DNA from: Chloroflexota bacterium
GTDB lineage: Bacteria > Chloroflexota > Limnocylindria > P2-11E
DNA: 59,249 bases
Direction: 5' to 3'
Assembly: GCA_031394155.1 (NCBI GenBank)
Contig: JANMWW010000288.1
Span: 1-59,249, forward strand
Under the pieces are notes generated by a model. That model did not search any database. It was not told where the DNA came from and saw nothing but the letters and a program-made list of their open reading frames with translations. Positions within the stretch are counted from its first letter, which is position 1. Every line of letters begins with the position of its first letter. The position numbers were made by a program, and so were the translations under genes. Below, one piece after another: positions 1-8,570 of this stretch.

Positions 1-1117
1 GCCGTCCGTGCTGGACTTTTCCGTAGGCGGAGAGCTTCGTTACCTGACCTCCGAACGACGCGGTCGAGGCCTGGCCACCGGTGTTCGAGTACACCTGCGT
101 GTCGAGCACGAGGACTTTGATATCCATGCCGCTCGCGACCATGCGCGAGAGCGACTGGAACCCGATGTCGTACATCGCGCCGTCGCCACCGATCACCCAG
201 AGACGCCGATCGGATCGCCCCGCCTGCTCCCAACGCGAGCGGATGCCCATCGCGTCCGCGGGCGCGTTCTCGAAGAGCGAGTTCGTCCACGGGACCAGGT
301 ACGGGTTGTACGGATACGTGCTGCCGAAGACGGTGTTGCAGCCGGTCGACGCGACGATGCCCATCCCCTCCGTGCCGTAGGTCTGCCGCGTGGCTGCGAC
401 CATCATGCGGATCGCCGTGGCCTCGCCGCAGCCGGAGCAAGAACCCGCGCCACCGACGTAGCCCATGGCGCTCTCGCCGAGCATCAGGTCGCCCAGCGCC
501 TTCTCGCTCCGGTATTCGGGGGGTGTTTGCGGAAGCGTGCGGAAGAAACGCATGTCGCGCGCGTACCGCGCGAGCGTCGCCTCGCCCTCAGGTGTCTCGG
601 GGATCTTGCCGATCATTCGCAGCGCGTCGTGGCCGAGCGCGGTGCAGACCTCGACGCATTCGCCGCAACCCTTGCAGTGGGCCGGATCGACGAAGATGCC
701 GAAGGAGGCCGGCTCGAGACCGCGCTTCGCGGGAACCTCGCCGTACTTGCGCGTCTTCATGAAATGGGACGCGGCCGTCTCCACGGCGATCGCCGGCTGC
801 TGCTCAGCGGCCGCGAACGCGTCGATGGCCTGGGCGACGCGCGACTCCGGCAGCGCGACGCCGATGATCGCGGTGTCCGGACAGGCATTCACGCACGCCA
901 TGCAGCCGACGCACCGATCCGCCGTCAGGAGAGGGATGGTCGGAGCGAGATGGCTGAAGTCGCGTGACGCCGCCGTTCCCGGCGGGATGACGCTACGCGC
1001 GGCCATGGCGTCCGCATCGAGCGATGCGCCATCGGCTCCACCGGCGTAGGCGTGTACCACAGCGTCGTTGAAGTCATCGACGTAGGCGGGGATGTCGAGG
1101 AGGCGTGAAAGTGTCAC
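1..1117 (-). CDS. 2-oxoacid (pyruvate-type):ferredoxin oxidoreductase, ferredoxin-like plus TPP-binding (delta/beta) part; 3' end runs off the window
   Basis: Absent from the ORF track because it has no stop inside the window. My reverse translation from GTG at 1117-1115 reads VTLSRLLDIPAYVDDF... It contains two 4Fe-4S motifs (CVGCMACVNACP, CKGCGECVEVC), GCSGCGEATAIRMMV and the TPP motif GGDGAMYDIGFQSL..LDTQVYSNTGGQAS. The GTG overlaps the stop of the CBS gene (GTGA). Confidence 0.85.
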   Translation of the reverse strand, partial: MTLSRLLDIPAYVDDFNDAVVHAYAGGADGASLDADAMAARSVIPPGTAASRDFSHLAPTIPLLTADRCVGCMACVNACPDTAIIGVALPESRVAQAIDAFAAAEQQPAIAVETAASHFMKTRKYGEVPAKRGLEPASFGIFVDPAHCKGCGECVEVCTALGHDALRMIGKIPETPEGEATLARYARDMRFFRTLPQTPPEYRSEKALGDLMLGESAMGYVGGAGSCSGCGEATAIRMMVAATRQTYGTEGMGIVASTGCNTVFGSTYPYNPYLVPWTNSLFENAPADAMGIRSRWEQAGRSDRRLWVIGGDGAMYDIGFQSLSRMVASGMDIKVLVLDTQVYSNTGGQASTASFGGQVTKLSAYGKVQHGR

Positions 1118-1530
1118 GAACGCTCCGGCGCGGCCATGACGTGCACGAGGTCCGTGACCGAGAACACACCGACCGGCGTCTGCCCATCGGGACCGACGAC
1201 GACCAGACGGTGCACGCCCTTCTGCTCCATCAGCTCGGCGGCGTCTTCGAGCCGCGCGTTGAGCGAGATCGTCACCGCCGGAGCGCTCATCACGTGTTCG
1301 ACCGCGAGCGTGCTCAGGTCGTTCCACAGGTACTCGTCGACCTTGGCGCGCAGGAGATCCGTCTGGCTGAGCACGCCGACGAGCCGGCTGTTCGCGTCGA
1401 GCACGGCCAGACCATGGACGCGATGCGCGTCCATGAGCTGCGCGGCTTCGTACAGGGGCGCGCTTGCCCTCACCGTGATCAGACCTCGCGTCATCGCCTC
1501 GCCCACCACTCGTGCCGATGCCGCGTTCAT
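1114..1530 (-). CDS. CBS-pair domain protein (138 aa)
   Basis: Internal ATG (residue 123) of track ORF 1114..1896 gives MNAASARVVGEAMTRGLITVRASAPLYEAAQLMDAHRVHGLAVLD..VHRLVVVGPDGQTPVGVFSVTDLV, i.e. two CBS repeats. The residues upstream of this ATG are Arg/Gly-rich junk that overlaps the alpha-subunit gene. ATGA overlap at 1527-1530 and GTGA overlap at 1114-1117. Confidence 0.85.
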   Translation of the reverse strand: MNAASARVVGEAMTRGLITVRASAPLYEAAQLMDAHRVHGLAVLDANSRLVGVLSQTDLLRAKVDEYLWNDLSTLAVEHVMSAPAVTISLNARLEDAAELMEQKGVHRLVVVGPDGQTPVGVFSVTDLVHVMAAPERS

Positions 1531-3482
1531 GCCACTACCTCCTGTTGTTTTGGGTCGGTCGACTCCGCCGCCAGCGCGCCCGTCACATCGATCACACCGT
1601 CGTAGGCCTCGCGAATGAGCGCCAAGTTCGCGTCCACCACACGCTCGCCCCGTTTCCCGAAGAAGCGCAGCAAACGGGTGCGGACCTCGCGCATCAGGTC
1701 CTCGCCCTCGAGCGAGGCGCGCGCAGCGAATGGCGTGAGCCGCAGGAACACGCCGACCAGCGCGATTCCCTGCATGCGGACGATCAGATCGGGCCGAGGT
1801 GAGTGGCGTCGGGCGAGGCCGGCGGTGTCGAGCGCCGCGACGCGAATGCCACGTGCCACGATGCGGGCTTGGGCGTCCAGCGCGATCGATGCCCACACCG
1901 CCATCGGGTCGGTCAGGGCGGTCTGCACGAACACCGTGCCACCGTCGACCAGACCACGAAGAGGATCGCCTTGGCCGAATGCCGCCGCGTCATACAGCGA
2001 GACGAAGTGCACACGGTCGAGCTCCGCGTGTGTTCGGATGCGCTCATCGGCCAGCGTGAGGAAGTAGCTCGTCGGCAGGCCCTTCTTCTCGGAGCCGTAC
2101 CGCGGGTACGCCTGGACGCGGACCCCGAAGAGGTCGCCTGCGAGGGCGGCGATCAGCTTGTTCGTGGTCACCGCGCCAAGCCCGCCGATCGAGTGGCCGC
2201 GCAGGCTGTAGGCGCCAGGTGGCGTGACGTCGATCGCGAGCGGCTGCAGCGCCAGCGAATGGCGCACACCAAGAACGGCGAAGCGGTTGCCCGCGGTCGC
2301 GGGCTGCTCGAGCCAGCGGTAGACCGCGGCGATGTCGCCCGCGCTCACGTCGCGCGAGCCGAGGCCGGCGCTCACCGAGAACACGCGCGGGATGGCGACC
2401 TGATCGCTCGCGAGATCGGCGAGCGCGGCCTTGACCTCGCGCGTCAGCGGATTGTCCGCCGCGGCAGGCTCGTCGGTGCGTTCGATGACCGCGATCGCGC
2501 GCGCGTTGCGCAGTGTCGCGGCCAGTCGAGTACTGGGGAACGGTCGAAAGGAGGTCACACCCACGCATCCGACCCGACGGCCGGCCGCGCGGAGGGTATC
2601 GACCACAGCGACCGCGGTGTCGGCAAGCGTGCCCATGGCAACGACGATCGTCTCGGCGTCCTCGCAGCGATACCCGTCGATGAGCGAGTACGGCCGCCCG
2701 GTGAGGTCCGTCCACTCGTGCATCGCGAGCCGCACCTCCTCCGCGAGGCGGTGGTAGAAGCCGCGCTGTCCGATGCGGCCCTTCATGTAGGAGTCCTGGT
2801 TCTGGACCACGCCGGTCATGAGTGACTCGGCGGGATCGAAGTACGACCGCACGCGTTCGCGTGGCGCGCCGACATACTCGCGCAGGAGCTCGTCCTCCGG
2901 AAGGAGGACGTTCTCGAGCGTGTGCGTCGTGAGGAAACCATCCTGCGCGACGATGAACGGGATCTCCGTCGTCTCCGCGACGCGCCGGGCGATGGCCGCG
3001 AGATCCGCGACCTCCTGCGCATTGCGCGCGAAGAGGATGCCCCATCCGGTGTCGGCGACGCCCATCACGTCGTCGTGGCCGCAATGGATGTTCAGCGCCT
3101 GACTTGTGAGCGCGCGCGCACCGACGTGGAAGACCATGGGGAGGCGCTTGCCCGAGATCACGTACAGGACTTCCTTCATCAGGATGAGCCCCTGGCCCGC
3201 CGTGAAGTTCGTGACGCGGCCACCGGCCAGCGCGAACCCTTCCGCCGCTGACGCCGAAGAGTGCTCCGACTCCAGCTGCACGAAGCGAAGCGCGGTGCCC
3301 CACAGATCGGTCTTCCCGTCAGCGACCGCCGCCTGATAGAGCGCCGCCATCGTCGTCGATGGCGTGATCGGATACGCGCACGCCGCCTCGGCGATGCGCG
3401 TCTCGACGTGGGCCACGGCCTCGGAGCCGTCGGCGACCGCGGGGATGCCGGGGAACCTCACGGTTGACACAGAGGACACCAT
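1527..3482 (-). CDS. 2-oxoacid (pyruvate-type):ferredoxin oxidoreductase, fused alpha+gamma part
   Basis: 651-aa ORF MVSSVSTVRFPGIPAVADGSEAVAHVETRIAEAACAYPITPSTTM... It has the PFOR core domains followed by a gamma-type domain (YGSEKKGLPTSYFLTLADERI..). Confidence 0.9.
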   Translation of the reverse strand: MVSSVSTVRFPGIPAVADGSEAVAHVETRIAEAACAYPITPSTTMAALYQAAVADGKTDLWGTALRFVQLESEHSSASAAEGFALAGGRVTNFTAGQGLILMKEVLYVISGKRLPMVFHVGARALTSQALNIHCGHDDVMGVADTGWGILFARNAQEVADLAAIARRVAETTEIPFIVAQDGFLTTHTLENVLLPEDELLREYVGAPRERVRSYFDPAESLMTGVVQNQDSYMKGRIGQRGFYHRLAEEVRLAMHEWTDLTGRPYSLIDGYRCEDAETIVVAMGTLADTAVAVVDTLRAAGRRVGCVGVTSFRPFPSTRLAATLRNARAIAVIERTDEPAAADNPLTREVKAALADLASDQVAIPRVFSVSAGLGSRDVSAGDIAAVYRWLEQPATAGNRFAVLGVRHSLALQPLAIDVTPPGAYSLRGHSIGGLGAVTTNKLIAALAGDLFGVRVQAYPRYGSEKKGLPTSYFLTLADERIRTHAELDRVHFVSLYDAAAFGQGDPLRGLVDGGTVFVQTALTDPMAVWASIALDAQARIVARGIRVAALDTAGLARRHSPRPDLIVRMQGIALVGVFLRLTPFAARASLEGEDLMREVRTRLLRFFGKRGERVVDANLALIREAYDGVIDVTGALAAESTDPKQQEVVA

Positions 3483-3564
3483 GCCGCTTCGGCGCCTCCG
3501 CGCACATGGCCGAACGGCCCTAGCGGTGGGTGCCCAGCGTCAGGTATTCGCAGTACGATTGCCG

Positions 3565-4080
3565 CTACGGTTTTCGGAACTGCCGGAAATGCCGCCGCGA
3601 CCGATGCATCTTGCCGCCCTTGCGGGGGATGATGCTGATGGAGCCGTCCGGCTCGAGGATCGCTTCGCTGACCTCGGAGAGGTCCCCGATCCCGTGCTCG
3701 CGGGCGGCCATCTCGATCTCTTCCTTCTCGACGTGCTCGCGCGCGATGTTCTCCTCGAGAAGGACGCCGTCCTGCATGAGAAGGGTCGGCTCGTCGTGGA
3801 AGAGGTGCGAGAGGAACGGGAGCCGCGCGCCGCCGCGCGCCAGCAGGAGGTTCATCCCGACGAGGGTCGCCGCGGCGACGAGACCGACGGTGAGAGAGTT
3901 GTCGCCGGCATTCATGGCGTTCTGTACCGCGTTCGCGATCACCAGGATCACGACGAGGTCCGCGACGCTCATCTGGCCAAGCTCCCGCTTGCCACCGGCG
4001 CGCAGGAGCAGAAGCACCGCCAGGTAGACCACGGCGGTCCGAACGACGATCTCCCACAGCGGCACGCTGGGCACGAGCAC
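3565..4080 (-). CDS. DUF421 (YetF-like) membrane protein
   Basis: 171-aa ORF. N-terminal TM segments with the RAGGKRELGQMSVADLVVILVIANAVQNAM pattern typical of DUF421, followed by a soluble C-terminal domain. Confidence 0.8.
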   Translation of the reverse strand: MLVPSVPLWEIVVRTAVVYLAVLLLLRAGGKRELGQMSVADLVVILVIANAVQNAMNAGDNSLTVGLVAAATLVGMNLLLARGGARLPFLSHLFHDEPTLLMQDGVLLEENIAREHVEKEEIEMAAREHGIGDLSEVSEAILEPDGSISIIPRKGGKMHRSRRHFRQFRKP

Positions 4081-4124
4081 GCCCCCATGGTGAGGGACGT
4101 GCCCCTGCCCGTCACATGGGTCGT

Positions 4125-4340
4125 CTAAAGAGCGGGAGTTCGGGTCGGCTCGCTGTCGAACAGGTCATACGTCGGGCAGTAGCCGGTGACCGCAGTGATC
4201 ACCATCACCAGACCGAAGACAGCCGCGAGGATCCCGAGAACGGTGGTGATCCCCGCCGAGATCATGACGATGATCGCGAGCGGCAGGCCGACCGCGAGGC
4301 GGACGTCACGCTCGAAGGGCGAAATGTTCTGACGCATCAT
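4125..4340 (-). CDS. DUF2892 (YgaP-like) small membrane protein
   Basis: Start chosen at ATGATG (4340), preceded by AGGAGG four nt upstream. Sequence MMRQNISPFERDVRLAVGLPL...GYCPTYDLF matches the DUF2892 pattern. It overlaps the 3' end of the upstream USP gene by 35 nt. Confidence 0.7.
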   Translation of the reverse strand: MMRQNISPFERDVRLAVGLPLAIIVMISAGITTVLGILAAVFGLVMVITAVTGYCPTYDLFDSEPTRTPAL

Positions 4341-5241
4341 TAGACCTCCTTTCCGCTGCTGGCTGGGCATGCGCGATCAGCACCGAGCACGGAGCGTGGA
4401 AGAGCACGCTGCGCGCGACGCTGCCGAGCACGAAGCGCCGCAGGCCGGTCTGGCCGCGGCTCCCGATCGCGATGCAGTCCGCGTGTTGCTCCGCCGCCAC
4501 CGCGAGCAGCTCGCCGGCCGCGTGTCCCTCGCGCTGCTCCCAGGTCGCCTTGATCCCGTGGCGGGACAGCACCGCGGCGCGCTCGCGGGCGAGTGCGGCG
4601 TGCGAAGCTCGGAGCTCCGGGAGCGAATCCTGATATGCGCGGAACGCTTCGACCGCCGTGGCCGGCAGCCCCGGGTCCGCGAGCACGACCGGGAACGCGG
4701 CATCGACGACGCTCACGACACGTACGGCGCACGACGCGAACGCCGGCAGATCGACGATCGCGTTCGCGCCGGCGATCGTGCTCGGCGAGCCATCCTCGGC
4801 CAGGACGATCGTGCGCAGACGATTGGACCGCGCGACCATCACCGGGCACGGCGCGCGATCGACGAGCTCCGCAGAAACGGAACCAAGGACGGCTGTGGAG
4901 ATCCCTCCCCGGCCGCGGCTTCCCACAACAATCAGGTCGGGCTTGAAGTCAGTGGCTTCGTCAAGGATCACGTCCGCGGCGCGACCCAGACCGACGATGC
5001 CATCCACCTCGACGCCGTCGGCGTTGAGGAGGGACGCGGTCTGCTTCACGAGGGCCTTGGCCTCACGCTCCGCCGCATCGTTGATGGTGAGCAGCGCCGG
5101 GCCGAAGATCGCCACCGTCGTGACCGGCTCGATCGCGTGCACGATGCGAATGCGAGAGCCCTGCGGCAACGGCATGGACTTCACAAGCGAACGGGCTGTA
5201 TCCGCGTAGGCAGAGAAGTCGGTCGCGAGAAGGATCCGCAT
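4306..5241 (-). CDS. tandem universal stress protein (two UspA domains)
   Basis: Start at MRILLATDFS (ATG 5241), preceded by GGAGGTG. There are two Usp repeats, each ending in a G..G.....GSV motif (VVGSRGRGGISTAVLGSVSAELV and AIGSRGQTGLRRFVLGSVARSVL). Confidence 0.85.
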   Translation of the reverse strand: MRILLATDFSAYADTARSLVKSMPLPQGSRIRIVHAIEPVTTVAIFGPALLTINDAAEREAKALVKQTASLLNADGVEVDGIVGLGRAADVILDEATDFKPDLIVVGSRGRGGISTAVLGSVSAELVDRAPCPVMVARSNRLRTIVLAEDGSPSTIAGANAIVDLPAFASCAVRVVSVVDAAFPVVLADPGLPATAVEAFRAYQDSLPELRASHAALARERAAVLSRHGIKATWEQREGHAAGELLAVAAEQHADCIAIGSRGQTGLRRFVLGSVARSVLFHAPCSVLIAHAQPAAERRSNDASEHFALRA

Positions 5242-5353
5242 TACGGCACCTCCGGACTGTGTGCCCAAAGCGTCCTGCGATGGCGCCGTCCTGGCGTGAG
5301 GCGAAAGGCATCGGCGTCCTGGCCGAATGGCTCTGCATGATCTCGCCGGGGCA

Positions 5354-5385
5354 CGGACCGCCGGCGCTTGCGCGTCGGCGGTCCG
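5354..5385 (-). terminator. GC-rich hairpin downstream of the DUF4342 gene
   Basis: CGGACCGCCG (5354-5363) and CGGCGGTCCG (5376-5385) are perfect inverted repeats. The 12-nt spacer can pair further (GCGC..GCGC). It lies 11 nt past the stop at 5396. There is no U-tract, so the terminator function is an inference. Confidence 0.4.
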
Positions 5386-5395
5386 AATCTCGCGG

Positions 5396-5674
5396 CTAGG
5401 CGTCGTCGGCGGGCTTGCGCTCCACCTGGAGCGTGAAGTCCGCGGCGATCGCGGCGATGGCGGCGATGGCGGCCCAGAGCGGGAGAAGCGCCACGCCGAA
5501 GATGCCGAACGTCAGCGGGGCCTCAATGACCGTCGCGCCGCGCGCGTCCTTGATGACGACCCGGCGAACGTTCCCTTCATGGATGAGCTCCTCGATCTTC
5601 GCGATGATCTTGTCGACGTTCTCGCGGTCCAGCTTGAATGTCTCGATGATCGTGTCTTTGATCTGCGTGGCCAT
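5396..5674 (-). CDS. DUF4342 domain protein
   Basis: Start at MATQIKDTIIETFKLDRENVDKII (ATG 5674), preceded by GGAGAG. It has a C-terminal hydrophobic segment. The pattern matches DUF4342 as I recall it. Confidence 0.75.
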   Translation of the reverse strand: MATQIKDTIIETFKLDRENVDKIIAKIEELIHEGNVRRVVIKDARGATVIEAPLTFGIFGVALLPLWAAIAAIAAIAADFTLQVERKPADDA

Positions 5675-5960
5675 GGGTCTCTCCTTTTCGTCCGATCTAC
5701 GGTCGCGCGCGTCCCGGTACGGCATATCGCGTTGGCTCGCTCTCGAAGTGGCGCCGGACTGGATCGATGGCGATCTCTTCGTCCGTTTCGATCGGCAGCG
5801 CGTCCCTCATGTCGGCCTCCTCCTGTGCGGCCACGGAACGGTACCGCCGCGCACCTGACATGCCGAGAGCCCAACGTACCGCCGGCTACGGTCGTGTGGC
5901 ACTTCGATACGCGGTGGAAGTCCCACAGCCTCGACCGCCTGAACGACGTGCTCGTACGAG

Positions 5961-6776
5961 TTAGACGGTCGCGCTGAACGCGAGCGCAGGACCCCGGACA
6001 TCGACGGTCCGCGCTTTCAGCGGCGCCTTCGCCACCAGGACGGCGCAGTGCGCATTGGCAAGAACGTGGTCGGCGATGCTCGTGTTCAGCGGTCCCGTGC
6101 CATGGGTCTGGTCGCGCGCACCGAGGACGATGAGATCGGTGCCGTCAATGATGCCGCGTCGCAAGATCTCGTCGCCAAAGTGGCCGCGCTGGACCAGGAG
6201 CTGGTCGGCGATCCGTCCCCCCAGCTTCTGCCGTGCGAGGCCGGCGATGTCGAAGGACATGAGCTCCCCGGTCGGCGCGGACAGGATGTGGACGAGTGTG
6301 ATCAACGCCGTCTGCGGGAGTGGAAGCTTCGCGATCGTGTCCACTGCGGAGCGGCCGTCGAGGGAATCGTCGACCGCGAGCAGCACGTGGCGTGGCGCCT
6401 CGCGCCGCGATCGCACGACGAGCACGGGGACCGGAGCGGTGCGCGCGAGCACGCGCGCCATGCTGCCGAGGACGGCGCCGGCGATCGTACCCAGGCCTCG
6501 GGAGCCGATGACGATGAGTTCGCTGGCCCTCTCGAGCGCGACGCATTCGAGGATCTCGGCGGGCGAGCCATGACGCGACAGCAGCGTGGTGACAGGCACG
6601 TGCCGGCCTGCCAGCCGCCAGCGGCACTTGGACACGATCTGGTGAGCGTCGTCATCGCTGCCGGACGGGACCATGACCACCGTGACGTCATCGGCGCAGG
6701 ACAGCGGCAAAGAGAGCAGGAAGTCCTCGGCAACGCCTGCTCCGCGCGAGCCATCGGTGGCGAAAAGGATCCGCAT
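5961..6776 (-). CDS. tandem universal stress protein (two UspA domains)
   Basis: Start at MRILFATDGSRGAG (ATG 6776). Motifs VIGSRGLGTIAGAVLGSMARVL and VLGARDQTHGTGPLNTSIADHVL. Confidence 0.85.
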   Translation of the reverse strand: MRILFATDGSRGAGVAEDFLLSLPLSCADDVTVVMVPSGSDDDAHQIVSKCRWRLAGRHVPVTTLLSRHGSPAEILECVALERASELIVIGSRGLGTIAGAVLGSMARVLARTAPVPVLVVRSRREAPRHVLLAVDDSLDGRSAVDTIAKLPLPQTALITLVHILSAPTGELMSFDIAGLARQKLGGRIADQLLVQRGHFGDEILRRGIIDGTDLIVLGARDQTHGTGPLNTSIADHVLANAHCAVLVAKAPLKARTVDVRGPALAFSATV

Positions 6777-6892
6777 GCAGCTTCCCGCGAAGATTGACGG
6801 GCCGCCGCGTGCCCTACGCGGGTCGAACGGACCCAAAGATCAGGGCCGAGAGGCGGATTCCCTTGTCGGCACGCTGGCCTACGGTGGGGCTC

Positions 6893-7591
6893 ATGACCGG
6901 ACCGGTCGCCGAGCTCGAGGTCTATCGGAGCAGCGCGCGCGCCCTCGCGGCGCGGATCCTGTCCGCCCAGGAGGCCGAGCGCGTCCGCGTCTCGCGCGAG
7001 CTCCACGACGAAACCGGTCAGGCCCTCACCCTCCTACTGGTCCGCCTTCAGCTCGTCCAGGGCATGACCACCGATCCCGCTATACGCCACGAGCTCGATG
7101 AGCTGCGCACGCTCGTCGTCGACACGCTGGACGGCGTGCGCAACCTCGCGGTGCAACTCGGTCCGAGCATCCTCGACGATCTCGGACTTCAAGCTGGGCT
7201 CGAGTGGCTTGTCGACCGCATCCGCGCGGAGACCGGGCTCCGGGTCCGTCTCGAGGGGAGCTGCGATGACGAGCACATCCCTGCGACAGTTGCGATCGCG
7301 ATCTTTCGCATCGCGCAGGAGGCCCTCACGAACGTCGTGCGCCACGCGCACGCGACCGGCGCCGAGGTGGGGCTGCGGACGGGCCGCGGCGAGATCGAGC
7401 TCACAGTCTCGGACGACGGCGAAGGGTTCGACGTAGCGGCGGCACGCGCATGTCCTGCGGCGAGCGTCGGACTATTCGGGATGGCCGAGCGGGTCGCGCT
7501 CGTGGGTGGGACGATCGAACTGATGTCACGAAAGGGCGCCGGAACGCGGATCGCTGTCCGCGCGCCGCTGCGCGAGGAGGTCCTCACATGA
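6893..7591 (+). CDS. NarL-class histidine kinase consisting only of HisKA_3 + HATPase (no sensor domain)
   Basis: Start at MTGPVAELEV (ATG 6893). The H-box SRELHDETGQALT lies about 35 aa from the N-terminus. ATPase motifs: ALTNVVRHA, DDGEGF, GLFGMAERV. There is no TM segment or ligand-binding domain. The stop overlaps the RR start (ATGA). Confidence 0.85.
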   Translation: MTGPVAELEVYRSSARALAARILSAQEAERVRVSRELHDETGQALTLLLVRLQLVQGMTTDPAIRHELDELRTLVVDTLDGVRNLAVQLGPSILDDLGLQAGLEWLVDRIRAETGLRVRLEGSCDDEHIPATVAIAIFRIAQEALTNVVRHAHATGAEVGLRTGRGEIELTVSDDGEGFDVAAARACPAASVGLFGMAERVALVGGTIELMSRKGAGTRIAVRAPLREEVLT

Positions 7592-8217
7592 TCCGGATCG
7601 TTCTGGCGGACGACCATCAGATCCTTCTGGACGGGCTCCGCCGCCTCATCGACGTGAACGGCGACATGCAGGTGGTGGCCACCGCGACCGACGCTCCAAC
7701 GGCGATCGAGGCAGTGCGAACGCACCGGCCCGACGTGATCGTGCTCGACATCAGCATGCCCGGCGGGGGCGGCCTCGAGGTCGCACGCCGCGTACGCGAG
7801 ATGGAGCTCCCCAGCAAGGTCGTCGTCCTGACCATGTATGCGGAGGACCGTTACGTGATGGAGGCCGTGCGGCTCGGCGCCTCCGGATACGTCCTGAAGC
7901 GATCAGCGGACAAGGAGCTGCTCAACGCGATCCGCGCGGTCGCGGCGGGTGAGGCGTACCTGACCCAAACTGCCGTGCGGCTGCTCCTCGCGACGCAGCA
8001 GAGCGAGGCCGGGCAGCCACGGCCGGCCCTCTCGTCCCGCGAGCGCGAGGTACTGGGCTTCACGGCGCGGGGCTTCTCGAATCTCGAGATCGCTGAACGG
8101 CTCTTCGTGAGTCCGAAGACCGTCGACACGTACCGCTCGCGGATGATGGCGAAGCTCGATCTCCACCGCCGTTCGCAGCTGGTGGACTATGCGCTGCGGC
8201 ACGGTCTGCTCGAGTGA
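7588..8217 (+). CDS. NarL/LuxR-family response regulator
   Basis: MIRIVLADDHQILLDGL..VIVLDISMPG receiver domain, then LuxR HTH LSSREREVLGFTARGFSNLEIAERLFVSPKTVDTYRSRMMAKL. Confidence 0.9.
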   Translation: MIRIVLADDHQILLDGLRRLIDVNGDMQVVATATDAPTAIEAVRTHRPDVIVLDISMPGGGGLEVARRVREMELPSKVVVLTMYAEDRYVMEAVRLGASGYVLKRSADKELLNAIRAVAAGEAYLTQTAVRLLLATQQSEAGQPRPALSSREREVLGFTARGFSNLEIAERLFVSPKTVDTYRSRMMAKLDLHRRSQLVDYALRHGLLE

Positions 8218-8399
8218 GGCTTACGCACGCCGTAGACGACGGAATGGTCTTCTGCGCCGTCAAAGGGAAGGCGATCGATGTGCTGAGCTGCTACGGATGC
8301 GAACGCATGATCACGATCGATCTCGACACCAGGCATCCAAAGGTCGTCTGCGTCGTGCCCGGCCCGGGCGAACCGAAGCCTGAGCCGACTAACGAATGA
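8214..8399 (+). CDS. hypothetical 61-aa Cys-containing protein
   Basis: The GTG start overlaps the RR stop (GTGA at 8214-8217). Third positions are G/C-rich. Four Cys residues are present, including CYGC. I recognise no family. An alternative ATG lies at 8244. Confidence 0.35.
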   Translation: MRLTHAVDDGMVFCAVKGKAIDVLSCYGCERMITIDLDTRHPKVVCVVPGPGEPKPEPTNE

Positions 8400-8535
8400 G
8401 TTCCTCTTCGTCTGTCTTCCGGCTGCTCGCGTCGAAGATCACACGAGCGCTCAGCTTGCCAGCGAGCACAGCCAGGCCGACACCGACGGTGACTCCCCCG
8501 ATGACGATGACCGCCGTTATGACGTCGAGCTCCAT
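8389..8535 (-). CDS. hypothetical 48-aa single-TM protein
   Basis: Internal ATG (8535) of track ORF 8389..8694 gives MELDVITAVIVIGGVTVGVGLAVLAGKLSARVIFDASSRKTDEEELIR. GGAGAG lies about 7 nt upstream. The 3' end overlaps the convergent 8214..8399 ORF by 11 nt. Confidence 0.35.
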   Translation of the reverse strand: MELDVITAVIVIGGVTVGVGLAVLAGKLSARVIFDASSRKTDEEELIR

Positions 8536-8570
8536 CCGGTAACTCTCCGGCCGGCCGGGTCGCCGCAGTA

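Noticed and set aside
8-967. 319-aa plus-strand ORF (with nested 81..380, 465..1049 and 523..762 ORFs)
   Set aside because: It is Arg/Gly/Asp-rich with no recognisable motifs. It lies exactly antisense to the minus-strand frame that encodes textbook PFOR 4Fe-4S and TPP motifs, so it is a high-GC antisense artefact.
5675-5960. 286-nt intergenic region with track ORFs 5767..5964 (+) and 5807..6001 (-); considered for a small gene or RNA
   Set aside because: Both ORFs are Arg/Ser/Ala-rich, lack an RBS and overlap each other. I saw no convincing hairpin series or known RNA signature. It is left uncalled as a probable promoter or terminator spacer.
3483-6892. Recurring hexamer GTGCCC in intergenic regions of the stress island (3530-3535, 4099-4104, 5261-5266, about 6811-6816)
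   Set aside because: A GC-rich 6-mer is expected by chance at roughly this order of frequency in GC-rich DNA. The flanking bases and the distances to the start codons are not consistent. It is not enough to call a motif without a genome-wide test.
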